A stretch of DNA of 64,000 bases from Eledone cirrhosa (GCA_964016885.1 OZ024742.1:173662001-173726000); one strand, 5' to 3'; numbered from the stretch's first letter, positions 12,092-26,586 are shown. Notes: generated from the letters alone by a model not told the origin. Made by a program: numbers and translations.

Positions 12092-14758
12092 TTACAGACA
12101 CATACTCAGAGAAGGCCCATTCATTCGGGCCATACTTGCTTCTCTCACCCATCTTTCAACAAAATGCTGGGAAGAGAGCACTTCCCTCTCTACCCTGATT
12201 TTCCATTTCAAATGAAATTTGAAAAAGTTAATTAGCGCATCACCGAAGAGGTAAGTGCTCGTCTTCAGCCCTTTCAAACGTGTCCACCATACTATCTCTT
12301 TCGCCATGGACACCAGACAGATAAAAACTGCCTGCCCTTCCCGGCTAAAGGAAGGGGGCGGGGCAATCCTCACGATGGACTCAGCTGATAGCTGGATCCG
12401 TCCTACACGTGTCAGCAGGTGTTCGACATAAACCCACAAGTCAGTAATGCTCGGACACTGGACGAGTGCGTGCAGGACGGTTTCGTCGCCATGTGCGCAT
12501 CTCGGACATTCCCGGCTGACGGCACCTCCATGCCTGTAGAGTTTATCCCGAACTGGCAAAGCTCCTCGGTAGCACTGCCAGGCCAGGGATTTCTGGAAGT
12601 TGTCCATAGGCCCCGGCCCGAAAGTCCTTCCGAAGAGATTGGCTAGTTGATTTTCATCGACGCCTAGAGTTTCTCCAAGTACGTCGTCGTTCTTCCCCTC
12701 CACTAATCCCCTATAGAACGCCAAGGTGGAGTTTCCACCGATCACATTGCCCGATTGGTCGAGGGCTGTGAGCGCCTGAAGACATTCAAGCCTCCAAGCG
12801 CTCCCTCTCGGTCTTCGCTTGACCCAGGACTGCAGCCCCGTCAAGGAGACGAGCTGGGGAAAAACGTGTCTAGCAAACGGCGACCACACCTGATCACCGT
12901 CGAGGAAGAGGTGGAGATGTCGTAGCCTGAGCGCGTGTCTGCGCATCATCAGCCACGGCATGCCCAGCCCTCAACGTAGCGGGTGTTGACAGCAGATGGA
13001 CCGCCTGACCAACGCTCCAGCGCAGTCAGGCGGGGCTTAGGACAAGATACGACGGACAGGTGGTAGTAGCTGACGGATGCGATGTACGCATTCGCCACCT
13101 CCGCTCGACCTTTCAGGGATAGCTTCCTCTCGGCCCATTTCTGGGTGAGAGAAGCCACCTTCCTCGTCACCTCGTCCCAGTTTTTGTCCGTCTGGAGGTC
13201 TGGACCGAACCAGACCCCTAGCAATTTAACTGGTCCGTCCGTCCAGCGCCCGACGACGCTGTTGGACGGCATGGACCTGCCTCTCCAGGTGCCGAGCTGC
13301 AGGCCCACTGACTTTTCCTGGTTGATCATTGCTCCTGTCACCGCTCCGTATTCTCTTAGTGTAGTGCCGATCGCTTCGATGTGTTTGGCGTTCGACACCA
13401 CTACGGTGACATCGTCCGCATATGCTGACACGGATCTTCCGCATCCTAGTTCGCGCGGGACCCCCCCTCAACGTCTCCAGTTTGTGCAGTAATGGCTCGA
13501 GAGTCAATACGTACAATAGGACGAGAGGGGACATCCTTGGCGGACCGAGCGCATGATGTTGAACGGTTCCGAAAGGTGACCGTTCACTCTCACTACAGAG
13601 CAGATGTCGCTGTGCATGGCAGCGATCCAGCCTCTGAAGACGGGCCCAAAGCCAGCCGCCCTCAGGACTGCCGCTAGGTACCGATGGTCGACCCTATCGA
13701 AGGCTTTCGATTGATCTAAATTGATCAAAGACCCACCCTTGCCAGGTTCCCTAGCTACCCTCTCTACGATGTATTGCATGAGGTGGAGGTTGTCGTGGAT
13801 AGATCTGTCGGGAATGGCGCATGTCTGTGCCTCTCCCACCAGACCACCAACGACAAGCGCCAACCACTTTGCTAGCACCTTGGCCAAAATCTTGAACTCT
13901 GTGTTTAGCAGAGTTATGGGCCTAAAATTATCTATGTTATCCCCCTTGTTCGGATCCTTTCTCAGCAGCGCCACCGCTCCTCGGCTCACAGAGCTGGGAA
14001 TTCTCCCGTTCTGTTGCCAGTTGCAGTAGACGTCCGCCAAGAGGCCTCCGAACAAGTTTGGAATGTGTACGTAAAGTTCATAGGTCAGACCATCCAAACC
14101 AGGCGATTTACCCCTTGTGCAACTAGTCATTGCATCCCGTACTTCAGCGGTTGTTATCGGCTTTTCGCAACACTCCGCCTCAGTGACCGAAAGCCGCGGC
14201 AGTCCGTCGAGGTAGACACTAAAGTCCATCCCTCGATCCGGCCCGCCACTGCCCCCGAACAGTTGAGCGAAGTGTCGCTGAAAAGCTTCACACATTTGCC
14301 CGGGATCGAGTAGCATGCGCCCGTCGTGGTCCACCAGTCGCCCACTAACACTAAAGAGCGGGACGTTCCAAGAAAGGTCTCCAGACGCCGGAAGAAATCA
14401 GGCCGCCCTGCTCCTGTCGGGGCATAGACGGCCACTAACCTGAAAGCTTGCCCGTCTCCGCTGGTCACGTCCAGCACCACCAACTTACCTTCTGGGTCCA
14501 GGAAGATGGCCCGTATGGCAAGATCCAAATCTCTCCGAAATGCACAGCAACTCCTCCCCCCGATCCCGAACGGCTGGGAGATGCGTACACATCGTAGCCG
14601 CCGAAGATCGGTGCGAAAGCCTGTGCTTCGGAGATTCTGGTCTCGCTGATGGCCACTACATCTATGTTTAGTGACCTGAGGTCGTTGAGCAGGTGGCCCT
14701 GCTTCCATGACGACCCCAAGCCACGCGCATTTATGCTGCCTATTCTGAGTGAGGTCAT
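12092..14758 (-). pseudogene. Tx1-like ORF2 of copy 3, disrupted
   Basis: ORFs 14465-14758, 14154-14792, 13504-14334, 12949-13431 and 12092-12961 are collinear with ORF2 of copy 1. Confidence 0.88.
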
Positions 14759-14792
14759 GTTGAAAAGGAGTGGAAAAGATGGGAAAGACCAC

Positions 14793-16782
14793 TTACCTTA
14801 CTTCTCGTAGGGGAAGGACGGTTTTTCCATCCTTTTCACTGCTTGTGGCCTCCTCAGGAAGGATGTCCTTATAAATCCTCCTGGAGAGTGCTTGTCGGAA
14901 GTCTCCGATGTCTTTGGGGAATTTTTGTTTTAGTGTCATGTACGTTTTCTGTGTGATGCGAGTGATTTGTATGTGTGGAGGTGGTGTGAATTTTGGGGCG
15001 TTGTGTAGTCTTTTTCTGTGATGCTGGTGTTGTGTTGGATGTAGTGTAATAATTGCTTGTTGTTCAAATTTAATGCTGTGTAGTGTGTATCGTTTTGGTT
15101 GTTTTGTTTTGTTTGCGTTTGTTGTGGGTTTGTTTCTGTTTCGCATTTTGGTGACTTTTGTGGTGTAGGTGATGGTGGTGTTGGAGTTAATGATCGTGAT
15201 GGTGTTGGTGTTTGGGTTGATGGGGTTGGTGATGCTGGTGTGGATGGTGGCATATCTGTCCTAACTTTTTTGTTTCTTAGTTTATTTGTTTCCCTCTGTA
15301 TTTTGTTTTTGGAGGGGGAAGGAAGAGAATTTTTTCTTTTTTGGTTTCTTTTTTTTTTCCGGATATCGTTTCCCACTCCTCGTCGTCACAATCTGTCTCC
15401 AGTTGTGATAGGCCGGGTAGTGGAAAATCCTCCACAGCCGTTAGTTTTGGTTGTGGTGCGGTGGATGGTGTAGGCGCTAGTGCTAGTTCTGAAGCGTTGG
15501 GTGGTGGTGGGGTTGGTTTTGCTGGTGGTGGTAGTGGTGTTGGTTTTGCTACTGTTGCTGGGGTTGTTGCTGTTATAGTTGCTTCTGTTGTTGCTGCTAC
15601 AGTTGTTGCTGCCATCTCTGCTACTGGTGGTGTTGATGGTTGTGTCACTGGGGTGGGTAGGAGAGGTGGCCTCAACCTTTTAGCCTGAGGGCAGAAAGCC
15701 CTTAGGTGGGTTCCTTCACCACAAACGACACACCTAGGTCTTCTGCCCTCGACAATTACCGTGAGGTGGCTGCCGTCAGTGAGGTCTATTACCTCTGGCA
15801 TCTCCTCAATGCTTTTTTGGTCCGCTTGGATCAGGAGCTCCATCCCAGATCCGGACCAGTTTTCCTGCTTTTCTTTTGCTATTGCTATTATTTTCGTGTT
15901 GGCTTCGATGCCGGCGAGGACAGCCGCTATTAGCCAGGGAATTTCGATGGCCGGTGGAGCGTGGGTCACCCTGATCTTTACGAGTCTCTGGCCACAATAG
16001 CTTGGGACGAGTGTGAAGTCGTCACTTTTTAATGGGGCCATGGAGTGTTCTCTAGCTTCCTCTGGTGTTTCAAAGAACACATCCACGGTTCCATACTTTT
16101 GCCCACGTCTGATGTGCGTTTTTCTTGCCCACACATGTCCCAAAGCTTTTTGGATTTGGGACTCGGATGCCCGTTCCACTCGGCGCGATTTTACATTTAT
16201 TGTTCTATACGACACGGTGCATAGGCGCCGATGCTCCATTTTATTAGGTGGGGGGTGAGGCTGACCCTGTACCCATCTTTCTTTACCATTTGTTTGGCAT
16301 TTTCTAAATCCTCTTGAGTTACCGTGAACGCTTCGAATTGTTTTGCTACGATGGCGAAACTGAGGGTCGGTTCTATAATGTCATTGTTGTTGTTGTTGCT
16401 AACGTTATTTGTGTTAATCTTAATTTTAGTTTCAGTTGTGGTGGTGGTGACGTCAGTCGTCTTTGGTGCGGAAGAGTCCATTTTGCTTGATTTCATTTCG
16501 ACATCACGAGTTAATTTATTTTTTTCTTCTTTTGTTTCTGTTGTCGCGGTGGTGGTGGGGGTGGTGGTTGTCGCGGTGGTGGTGGTGGTGGAGGCTTTAA
16601 CACCTGCAGTCATTGGTAATGGCGGGAAATGAATGTCTGCCTGAGACAAATTTAAAATATTGCTACTGCTTATATTTTTTTGTGTTGGCAAACGTAGTAA
16701 CATTTACAATGGTGGTGTCGGTGTGAGGTGTTATTTTGTGAGGAAGGCTTTCAGCTGCTTCGTGCAGAGGGGAATTAGCCAT
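14793..16782 (-). pseudogene. Tx1-like ORF1 of copy 3, frameshifted
   Basis: ORFs 16197-16703, 15277-16239 (knuckle), 14936-15376 and 14793-15146; probable ATG at 16782. Confidence 0.75.
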
Positions 16783-16989
16783 TTTTTTTCAAAGAAATTT
16801 TTGGATAATAATAAAAGTTAAAATTTTGGGCACAAGGCCCAATCTTTTTGGGTGTCCTTTTCGGAAAACAATGTATGTGTGCTTATAAACAGTTAACAAT
16901 AAAATTTTCCATAAATGGCAATTTTTAACAAACGGAAATAACAAACCTTTGCGGAGCTCACGATGATACGATTTACTACGTAGGTCGCC

Positions 16990-17038
<49 letters not shown>

Positions 17039-17537
17039 TTAGTAATGAACGAAAGATATATACTTTATATCATCTCTATTTATTTCCTTCTATATATTTC
17101 GAAGATGCAAAGTGTTATGTATAACATAAAGCAAAATATGTCCTCCTCAGACAAATAGGTAGAAATGTACAATTTGTTCCTGATATGCTGGTAGAGAAAC
17201 GAACTGGATAGATTGAGGACCGCCAGTCATATGACTAGAAAAACCTCAGCACTTAAGGGTGTTACGTGATTAGGTGGAAAACATTACATTATATGAATGG
17301 AAAAAATGAAACGAAATTTCATTTCCCACTCTTAGTACGGCTGTTACTTAAATATAAGTATGTATACGTACATACATATATGTATCCAGACGTACAGTAA
17401 TGCACACCTATATATATGTACGTATGGATTCACCAAACATTTATGATAATGCTCGGTGTATTTGTAAACAAACATCCCGTATTAAGCCGCAGTGTCTAGC
17501 AACCACCGTTGCTCGTTTGTCCAACACTGACAAAGGA

Positions 17538-17580
17538 ACGCTGTACTAGTTTCAAGCTTGTTAGATATCGTCAGCAACGT
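17538..17580 (-). ncRNA. Type I hammerhead ribozyme, family A (stem II mismatch)
   Basis: Reverse complement: ACGUUG CUGACGA U AUCU AACA AGCU U GAAA CUAG UA CAGCGU. Confidence 0.7.
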
Positions 17581-17966
17581 ATACCTTCCTGCCAGTTTGT
17601 TGAACGTCCGAAAGTATATACTTTCCTTATGCATATTAACGGCTGAGTAGCCCAATTTGCATATCGAGTGGGTTAATCGGCCAGGAGCACCGGAAACGAT
17701 AAATGGAAAAAAATGAAACGAAATTTCATTTCCCACTCTTAGTACATCTGTTACTTAAATATAAGTATGTATACGTACATACATATATGTATACAGACGT
17801 ACAGTAGTATGTATATATATATACATACATGCACACATATATATATGTACGTATGGATTCACCGAACATTTATTATAATGCTCGGTGTGTTTGTAAACAA
17901 ATATCCCGTATTAAGCCGCAGTGTCAAGCAACCACCGTTGCTCGTTTGTTCAACATTGACAAAGGA

Positions 17967-18009
17967 ACGCTGTACTAGTTTCAAGCTTGTTAGCTATCGT
18001 CAGCAACGT
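17967..18009 (-). ncRNA. Type I hammerhead ribozyme, family A, intact
   Basis: Reverse complement: ACGUUG CUGACGA U AGCU AACA AGCU U GAAA CUAG UA CAGCGU; palindromic stem III ACUAGU; stem I extends AAGG/CCUU and GUUCAACA-type/UGUUGAAC. Confidence 0.85.
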
Positions 18010-18382
18010 ATACCTTTCTGCCAGATTGTTGAATGTCCGAAAGTATATACTTTCCTTATGCATATTAACGGCTGAATAGCGGAATTTGCATATCAGTGGG
18101 TTAATCGCTCGGGTGCACCGAAAATGATAAATGGAAAAAATGAAACGAAATTTCATTTCCTGTACGTCTGTATACATATATGTATGTACGTATACATACT
18201 TATATTTAAGTAACAGCCGTACTAAGAGTGGGAAATGAAATTTCGTTTCATGTTTTCCATTTATCGTTTTCGGTGCACCCGGCCGATTAACCCACTCGAT
18301 AAGCAAATTGGGCTACTCATCCGTTAATATGCATAAGGAAAGTATATACTTTCGGACGTTAAACAATCTGGCAGTAAGTTAT

Positions 18383-18425
18383 ACGTTGCTGAGGATAGGT
18401 AACAAGCTTGAAACTAGTACAGCGT
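18383..18425 (+). ncRNA. Type I hammerhead ribozyme, family A (stem II mismatch)
   Basis: acgttg ctgagga t aggt aaca agct t gaaa ctag ta cagcgt. Confidence 0.7.
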
Positions 18426-18804
18426 TCCTTTGTCAGTGTAGAACAAACGAGCAACGGTGGTTTTAGACGCTGCGGCTTAATACGGGATGTTTGTTTACAA
18501 ACACACCGAGCATTATAATAAATGTTTGGTGAATCAATACGTACATATATATAGGTGTGCATGTATGTATATATATATATATACATACTACTGTACGTCT
18601 GTATACATATATGTATGTACGTGTACATACTTATATTTAAGTAACAGCCGTACTAAGAGTGGGAAATTAAATTTCGTTTCATTTTTTCAGTTTATGGTTT
18701 CCGGTGCACCCGGCCGATTAACCCACTGATATGCAAATTGGGTTACTCAGCCGTTAATATGCATTAGGTAAGCATATACGTTCAACAATCTGGCAGGAAT
18801 GTAT

Positions 18805-18847
18805 ACGTTGCTGACGATAGCTAATAAGCTTGAAACTAGTTCAGCGT
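18805..18847 (+). ncRNA. Type I hammerhead ribozyme, family A, intact (GUU site)
   Basis: acgttg ctgacga t agct aata agct t gaaa ctag tt cagcgt. Confidence 0.82.
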
Positions 18848-19224
18848 TCCTTTGTCAGTGTTGAACAAACGAGCAACAGTGGTTGCTAGACACTGCGGCT
18901 TAATATGGGATGTTTGTTTACAAACCCACCGAGCATTATAATAAATGTTCGGTGAATCCATACGTACATATATATATGCGTGTATGTATGTATATATATA
19001 TACATACTACTGTACGTCTCTATACATATATGTATGTACGTGTACATACTTATATTTAAGTAACAGCCGTACTAAGAGTGGGAAATGAAATTTCATTTCA
19101 TTTTTTCCGTTTATCGTTTTCGGTGCACCCTGCCGATTAACCCACTCGATTTGAAAATTGGGCTACTCAGCCGTTAATATGCATCAGGTAAGTATATATG
19201 TTCAACAATCTGGCAGGAAGGTAT

Positions 19225-19267
19225 ACGTTGCTGACGATAACTAATAAGCTTGAAACTAGTACAGCGT
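19225..19267 (+). ncRNA. Type I hammerhead ribozyme, family A (stem II mismatch)
   Basis: acgttg ctgacga t aact aata agct t gaaa ctag ta cagcgt. Confidence 0.72.
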
Positions 19268-19468
19268 TCCTTTGTTAGTGTTGAACAAACGAGCAACGGT
19301 GGTTGCTTGACACTGCGGCTTAATACGGGATATTTGTTTACAAACACACCGAGCATTATAATAAATGTTCGGTGAATTCATACGTACATATATATATGTG
19401 TGCATGTATGTATATATATATCCATACTACTGTACGTCTGTATACATATTTGTATGTACCTGTACATA

Positions 19469-19543
<75 letters not shown>

Positions 19544-19649
19544 GTGTGTGTGTGCGTTGTATGTTTTGTTATTTTTGCAAATGTTGGATATAGAAACATT
19601 TACCCACTCTTAGTACATCTGTTACTTAAATATAAGTATGTATACGTAT

Positions 19650-20310
19650 GAATCGGGAGAGCTGATAATATACAAAAAAACGAAATTAGTCAGGACGAAA
19701 ATCGTCTCCACATGGAAGCAGTAATACGGTTGACAGATAAAACCTATCTGAGGAAGCCTGACAATCTGGCATTAACCGGAGACCCTTCTTATAATCTCGC
19801 AATTAATATTGGCGATTTCTCTGGGAAAGAAATACGGAAGGCCATCAAAACCCTAAAAACAATAAGTTGCCAGGCATAGATGACATCACCACAGAGATAC
19901 TCAAATGGAGAGGTGAGTTTGTCACTATATGGATGCTTCAGATTTGTAATGCATGTGAGGTACCAGAGAAATGGCAGAACGGAGCAGTTTTATGCATCCC
20001 CACAAACGGTAACCATGCAGAATGATGAGTAACACTTCTATCAATAATTGTTTCTTCTTTAGGCACAAGGCCAGCAATTACCCAGTGCATTACTGGTACT
20101 TTATTTTATCGACCCCGTAAGGATGAAAGGCAAAGTCAACCTCGGCGGGATTTGAACACAGATCGTAAAGGGACGTAACTATGCTTGAAAGCATGGCGTC
20201 CGACCCTCTACCGATACTGCCAATCCAACACTTCTATCAATAATAGAGAAGGTGTAGCGCCAGATTTTCGTGAATCGAAAGAAATAGACAGTCGATCATA
20301 TTGTATGCTA
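19650..20310 (+). mobile_element. Decayed RTE-like LINE RT fragment interrupted by a SINE
   Basis: Translates as EIRKAIKTLK..KLPGIDDITTEILKW..VPEKWQNGAVLCIP..VTLLSI, typical of the N-terminal part of an RTE-clade RT. Confidence 0.65.
20049..20226 (-). mobile_element. tRNA-derived SINE with Nin/Deu-like central domain and 18 bp target-site duplication
   Basis: A-box-like TGGCAGTATCGG, B-box GTTCAAATC, GCCTTTCATCCTTACGGGGTCGATAAAATAAAGTACCAG; TSD aacacttctatcaataat at 20031-20048 and 20227-20244. Confidence 0.88.
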
Positions 20311-20329
20311 GCATAACACAAGAAACATC

Positions 20330-21685
20330 AACCAGATTAAAAAATAAAACTTTAAATGCAAAAAAGTAATTCTGCGCCACATTATCCAAAAGGATACTCA
20401 CACATATCCTTGTGGAGCTGCCTTCAACCTGCTAGGGGAAATGATTATCATCCCGTCGTCCACGTAAACAGAGTAAGTCATCTTTCTTACTTTTTCCCCT
20501 CTTTATCTAATATGTTAGTATCAATGCATGTCACCTGGGGGTTATCATGGAAACAGGGCCATCTGCTCAATGACCTCAGGTCACTGAAAATAGATGTGAT
20601 ATTCAAATGAGCCCTGCGTTTCTGAGGCACGACCCTTCTCACCCATTGTTGGTAGCTATGCTGTGTACGCACATCCAGGTCGTCCGGGACCTAGGGGGTG
20701 GAATCGTTGTGTTTTTCAGAAAGGTTTGGCTTTCTCGATACGGACCATCTTCCTGTGACGTATAGGGGTAGGACCAGCGGATTTCTTCAGCAGCCTGGAG
20801 AATTTTCTCGGAATGTCCTGCTCTTTAGTGCTAGCGTGCTACTAGAATGGATTTTGATACACACACTGTAACTGTGTGGAACTAGCAGATAAGGGATGGT
20901 GGTTGTAATAGCCTCACAAACCTATTTAGAGGTTTCCAACTGTCCGCGTGATACCAACTGAATTTTCTGAATGTGCCAATGTGGACATGTCACCAAGATC
21001 GTATCTAGATAGGGTATTCGGTAGGGAAGTATATAAGTTTAACATGGGGTGTCCACATTTCAAACTAGTCGACTACACAGATCACAAAATGTTGATCTGT
21101 TTTGTCGACTGGGATAAGCTTCATAGTGCGGGACCCAGTTCCTATAAGCTAAATTCAATGGTCTCGGCACGCAAAGATTACAAAACCCGGTTTGGGGAAT
21201 TTGTTAAGCGGGCGTTGACGGGGATAGTCTTCAACAACAGATGGTTGTTCACTCTGAAAAAGGTTAGAGTTGAATCAATACGATTTAGTAAAGGAGCAGC
21301 AATGGAAAAAAATAGACTATTTGGAGAACTAGTAAACATGCTAGAAGAGGCTGTTCAGAAAGGCAACACAGCCAACGTGCTCGCCATGAGATTGGTAATC
21401 GAACAAATCTTCAACGCGAAAAAGGAAGGCTGCGTTATCAGATGTAAAGTGCGTGTTCTTAGACGAGGGGACGAAAGCCATTCGATGCGCCCATGTAGTG
21501 AATACGCAACGGGGCAACAAAGCCATAATCCGATCTTTTGCCGACCACAAAGGGTGCATGATAATCTATCCCAAACAGATATGGCCACATTTTCAGCAAC
21601 ATTTCCTTCATATATTCCGGAGAAGTAGCAAGTCGAATCATAGGATTTCAGCACCTACCTCAACGGCCTGCTGCGGCTCTCGGTA
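20330..21685 (+). mobile_element. Highly decayed Tx1-like copy 4 (ORF1 end, APE domain and linker)
   Basis: GLSWKQGHLLNDLRSLKIDV, SYLDRVF, YTDHK and FNAKKEGCVIR match the other Tx1 copies. Confidence 0.8.
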
Positions 21686-22551
21686 ATTTCCTTCGACATT
21701 TTACATTTATAGCGCCGAGGTTAGCTATGCCTTTCATCCTTATGTGTCGATAAAATGAAGAACTAGAAATGCATTGGGGTCCATTTAATCTACTTTCTCT
21801 TTTCCTTCAAATCCTTGACCCTAAATTATTACCAGCCTCTTAGATTAATCTTTTAAAATTCTTTAAAATGCCGTTATACCTCACCATCGTATGTGGTTCT
21901 ACAGGAGTAGCAAAACATTGAACGCAAGCGATGTCTCTCTCCTAAAGCAACATATGGCCGCCGCTGAATACAAGATGAAATACATCCCTCATAAAGCAGA
22001 TAAAATACGCATTATTCATATTCATAAAACATCACTAATAACATATTAAGGAAAAATTCAATATAATCACGTCAACAAGAAACTAAATGCTTGCAGACCC
22101 GGTAAAAATAAATATAAATATTATGTATACAATATACAATGTGGTATAGAAACTCATCTGTAAACATAATAGTTGTAAACGTGCAGAACATTTTACATTG
22201 GACATACAATTACCACACTTTCGTTTATGAGATATATCAAGCGAAATATTACACATTTTGTTCTTACATTTTTTTCTTTAATGTCTTTCTTTATCTTTTT
22301 ATCACATTCAATTAATTCACAAAAGGGTTCGTTACTTTTTTTTCGCTTGCTATATAATCAATTTTTAAAAGCTTGCCAGATTGCGTTTCATTGTGAACAT
22401 CCGTTCTGCCAGTCTTTTTTATAGCATTAATTCCAGCTAAATATTGTTGATTTATGTGGGTAATTATATCTATAAGCTTCGTATAACATTTAGAGTTATT
22501 AACCTGCTCTCGTTTTCAAAATTCATCCGAGGTTTATGACACCACAAAATT

Positions 22552-23562
<1,011 letters not shown>

Positions 23563-23779
23563 ACCCTATGGCATTATAGTTAATACGAACCATTTTAATA
23601 TATGTAATAACTAATGATATTGAAGCAAAGGCTGACAGAAAAATAATAATGTTACGTTACCCAAAATATTTCATCCTAATATTTCAAGGTAAAACACTTC
23701 TTTTCAAATGACGACGATAGAAAATGCATCCTCATCCGGCAGATCTTCCTTGTTTTGTGTATGGATTTTAGATGAATGG

Positions 23780-24600
23780 AGCAGTCATGAAAGACATGCT
23801 CCTCCATGTAAATCCGTACTATTGTTCATAAACAGTTTATGCGTAATTAAAGTTTCCTTAATTCTTAAATTCCCTATATTCCTCTCCATCGCCTCTGTGG
23901 CCACGTCAATATCTCGGTTGAGGTATTTACAAACATTTATGATAGAGAAGGCACTTTACGCCATGTGCTACTTTATCTATATGTGTAACATCGAGAAAGT
24001 ACTTCCAACGTATGATGATCCATGTCGTCTGTATATGAGCCTGTAGACTGCATACGTTTTCTTGTACGCCTCCGTGTTTTTGATTGGGCAGTTAGAACGT
24101 GTGAACGTATCATTGTATACTGGTCAGGATTTGGAGAGTAATCACAGGGTAGGTCCAGAGTGTTTTCTTGTTGAAATGCGGGGCATTTAGATAGCATATG
24201 CTATACCTAAGAGCGCCTGTCCTCTCTTTACTCTTAGATGGTCCTTGGCATGACGTTATTTAGTTAGAGAAATTGCATAGTTGTTTTCGGTGAAAACTCT
24301 TTGGAATTCCTCCGTGCTCGTTTATTGGTCGCTAACCTCACTGCATCCGTTGCGTATCCGAGAGATTTCATTCCGCATATAGGTAATTCTAGCCATTTAG
24401 GGAAGAGCAGAATCATGGTGTACAAATATGTGCTTCCATTTATACAACCTCTAGAATTTGGTGTATATATGGATCCCTTCTTTTGTCCCTATTGGTGTAT
24501 ATATGGATCCCTTCTTTAGTCTAAGGTCGAGTGGCGAGAAATTCCAATGATATCCAGGTGGTCAACTTCGAATTTTATGTGTGCATCCTCGACTGAGGAG
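23780..24600 (-). mobile_element. Decayed Penelope-like element (RT thumb plus GIY-YIG)
   Basis: Minus-strand translation: HIKFEVD, KHIFVHHDSALP..RNEISRIRNGCS..FTENNY, AVYRLIYRRHGSSYVGST..LRIKETLI; internal ~35 bp duplication at 24458-24517. Confidence 0.75.
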
Positions 24601-24929
24601 TGGTAGTAAATTTTGACGGCTTCTTCACGTTACAAGGTGAGCTTCTGTATTCTGTTTTCAGGTTGTCCAATGACGAGTGGGCCCCAGGGCACTACAGGGG
24701 CTCACAGTAGCATAGCTGGAGTCAACTGTTGTATTTTAGGGGCCAATGTTTTGCTTTTAAAATAAATTTTTTTTAAATGTCTCAGACAAAGAATACAAAT
24801 ATGTTTAAATAAAAAAAAGCATTTGGTCAAACAATTTCCTAGGGAATTAATAGAAATCGAAATATAAAATATATGATAGTTCCTGTTTGAGTCACTAGCT
24901 TACTGTATTCATACATGGACACACGCACG

Positions 24930-25009
<80 letters not shown>

Positions 25010-25215
25010 TATCTATACGTACATACATATATGTATACAGCCGTACAGTAGTATGTATATATATACATACATGCACATATATATATATGTCTACCGTCTA
25101 CCTTCCTGCCAGATGATTGAACGTCTGAAAGTATATACTTTCCTTATGCTCAGCCGTTAATATGCATAGGGAAAGTATATACTTTCAGATGTTCAATCAT
25201 CTGGCAGGAAGGTAT

Positions 25216-25258
25216 ACGCTGCTGACGATAGCTAATAAGCTTGAAACTAGTACATCGT
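25216..25258 (+). ncRNA. Type I hammerhead ribozyme, family A
   Basis: acgctg ctgacga t agct aata agct t gaaa ctag ta catcgt (one stem I mismatch). Confidence 0.75.
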
Positions 25259-25730
25259 TCCTTTGTCAGGGCAGCGATGGTTGCTAAACACTGTACGGCT
25301 TAATTAGGGATGTTTGTTTAGAAACAAACCTAGCATTATAATAAATGTTCGGTAAATCCATACGTACATATATATGTGTGCATGTATGTATATATATATA
25401 CATACTACTGTACGTCTGTATACATATATGTATGTACGTATACATACTTATATTTAAGTAACAGCCGTATTAAGAGTGAAAAATGAAATTTCGTTTCATT
25501 TTTTCCATATATATATATGTATATATATATATATACATACAGGTACACATACATATATGTACGCGTCAGTTTAGCGGACGCCTATTATAGCGCCCGCTTT
25601 GTTCGTTTGTAAACAAACTGAACAGCCTGAATTTATGCCGCACGGTGTTAAGGCAACCACGTCACCTTTTTGTTCAACACTGACACAGGAACGATGTACT
25701 AAACTGATGCGTACATATATGTATGTGTAC

Positions 25731-25878
<148 letters not shown>

Positions 25879-26117
25879 GCATGCTACTGTACGTCTGTAT
25901 GCATATATGTATGTACGTATACATACATACTTACATTTAAGTAAGTGCCGTACTAAGAGTGAGAAATGAAATTTCGTTTTCATTTTATTACAACTCATCG
26001 TTTTCGGTGCGCCTGACCGATTTAACTCACTCGATATGCAAATTAGGCTGCTAAGCCGTTAATTTTCATAAGGAAAGTATATACTTTCGAGCGTTCAACT
26101 ATCTGGCAGATGGGTAT

Positions 26118-26160
26118 ACGGTGCTGATGATAGCTAACAAGCTTGAAACTAGTACATCGT
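26118..26160 (+). ncRNA. Type I hammerhead ribozyme, subfamily B, intact
   Basis: acggtg ctgatga t agct aaca agct t gaaa ctag ta catcgt. Confidence 0.87.
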
Positions 26161-26311
26161 TCCTGTGTCAGTGTTGAACAAAAAGGTGACGTGGTTGCCT
26201 TAACACCGTGCGGCATAAATTCAGTCTGTTCAGTTTGTTTACAAACGAACAAAGCAGGCGCTATAATAAGCGTCCGCTAAACTGATGCGTACATATATGT
26301 ATGTGTACCTG

Positions 26312-26349
<38 letters not shown>

Positions 26350-26586
26350 TGCTACTGTACGTGTGTATACATATATGTATGTACGTATACATACATACTT
26401 ACATTTAAGTAAGTGCCGTACTAAGAGTGAGAAATGAAATTTCGGTTTCATTTTATTACAACCCATCGTTTTCGGTGCGCCTGACCGAATCTAACTCACT
26501 CGATATGCAAATTAGGCTGATCAGCCGTTAATTTTCATAAGGAAAGTATAAACTTTTGAACGTTCAACTATCTGGCAGATGGGTAT

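Larger units (their letters stand above)
11848..16990 (-). mobile_element. Tx1-like element, copy 3, with both ends present and internal deletions
   Basis: ORF1 ~16782-14793 (CVVCGEGTHLRAFC) and ORF2 14758-12092 (INARGL, GDW, RQGCP, AYADD); a large deletion at ~14330 joins GDW to the pre-RT linker; (TTA)n on both sides in element orientation. Confidence 0.92.
17297..19649. repeat. ~420-430 bp hammerhead-containing repeat (family A): two units on -, then three on + (switch at ~18160)
   Basis: Unit landmarks recur at periods 429, 422 and 420; one CUGANGA/GAAA motif per unit. Confidence 0.9.

Noticed and set aside
45-16632. Antisense and alternate-frame ORFs overlapping the LINEs
   Set aside because: Shadows of retrotransposon coding sequence or low-complexity linkers; no independent motifs
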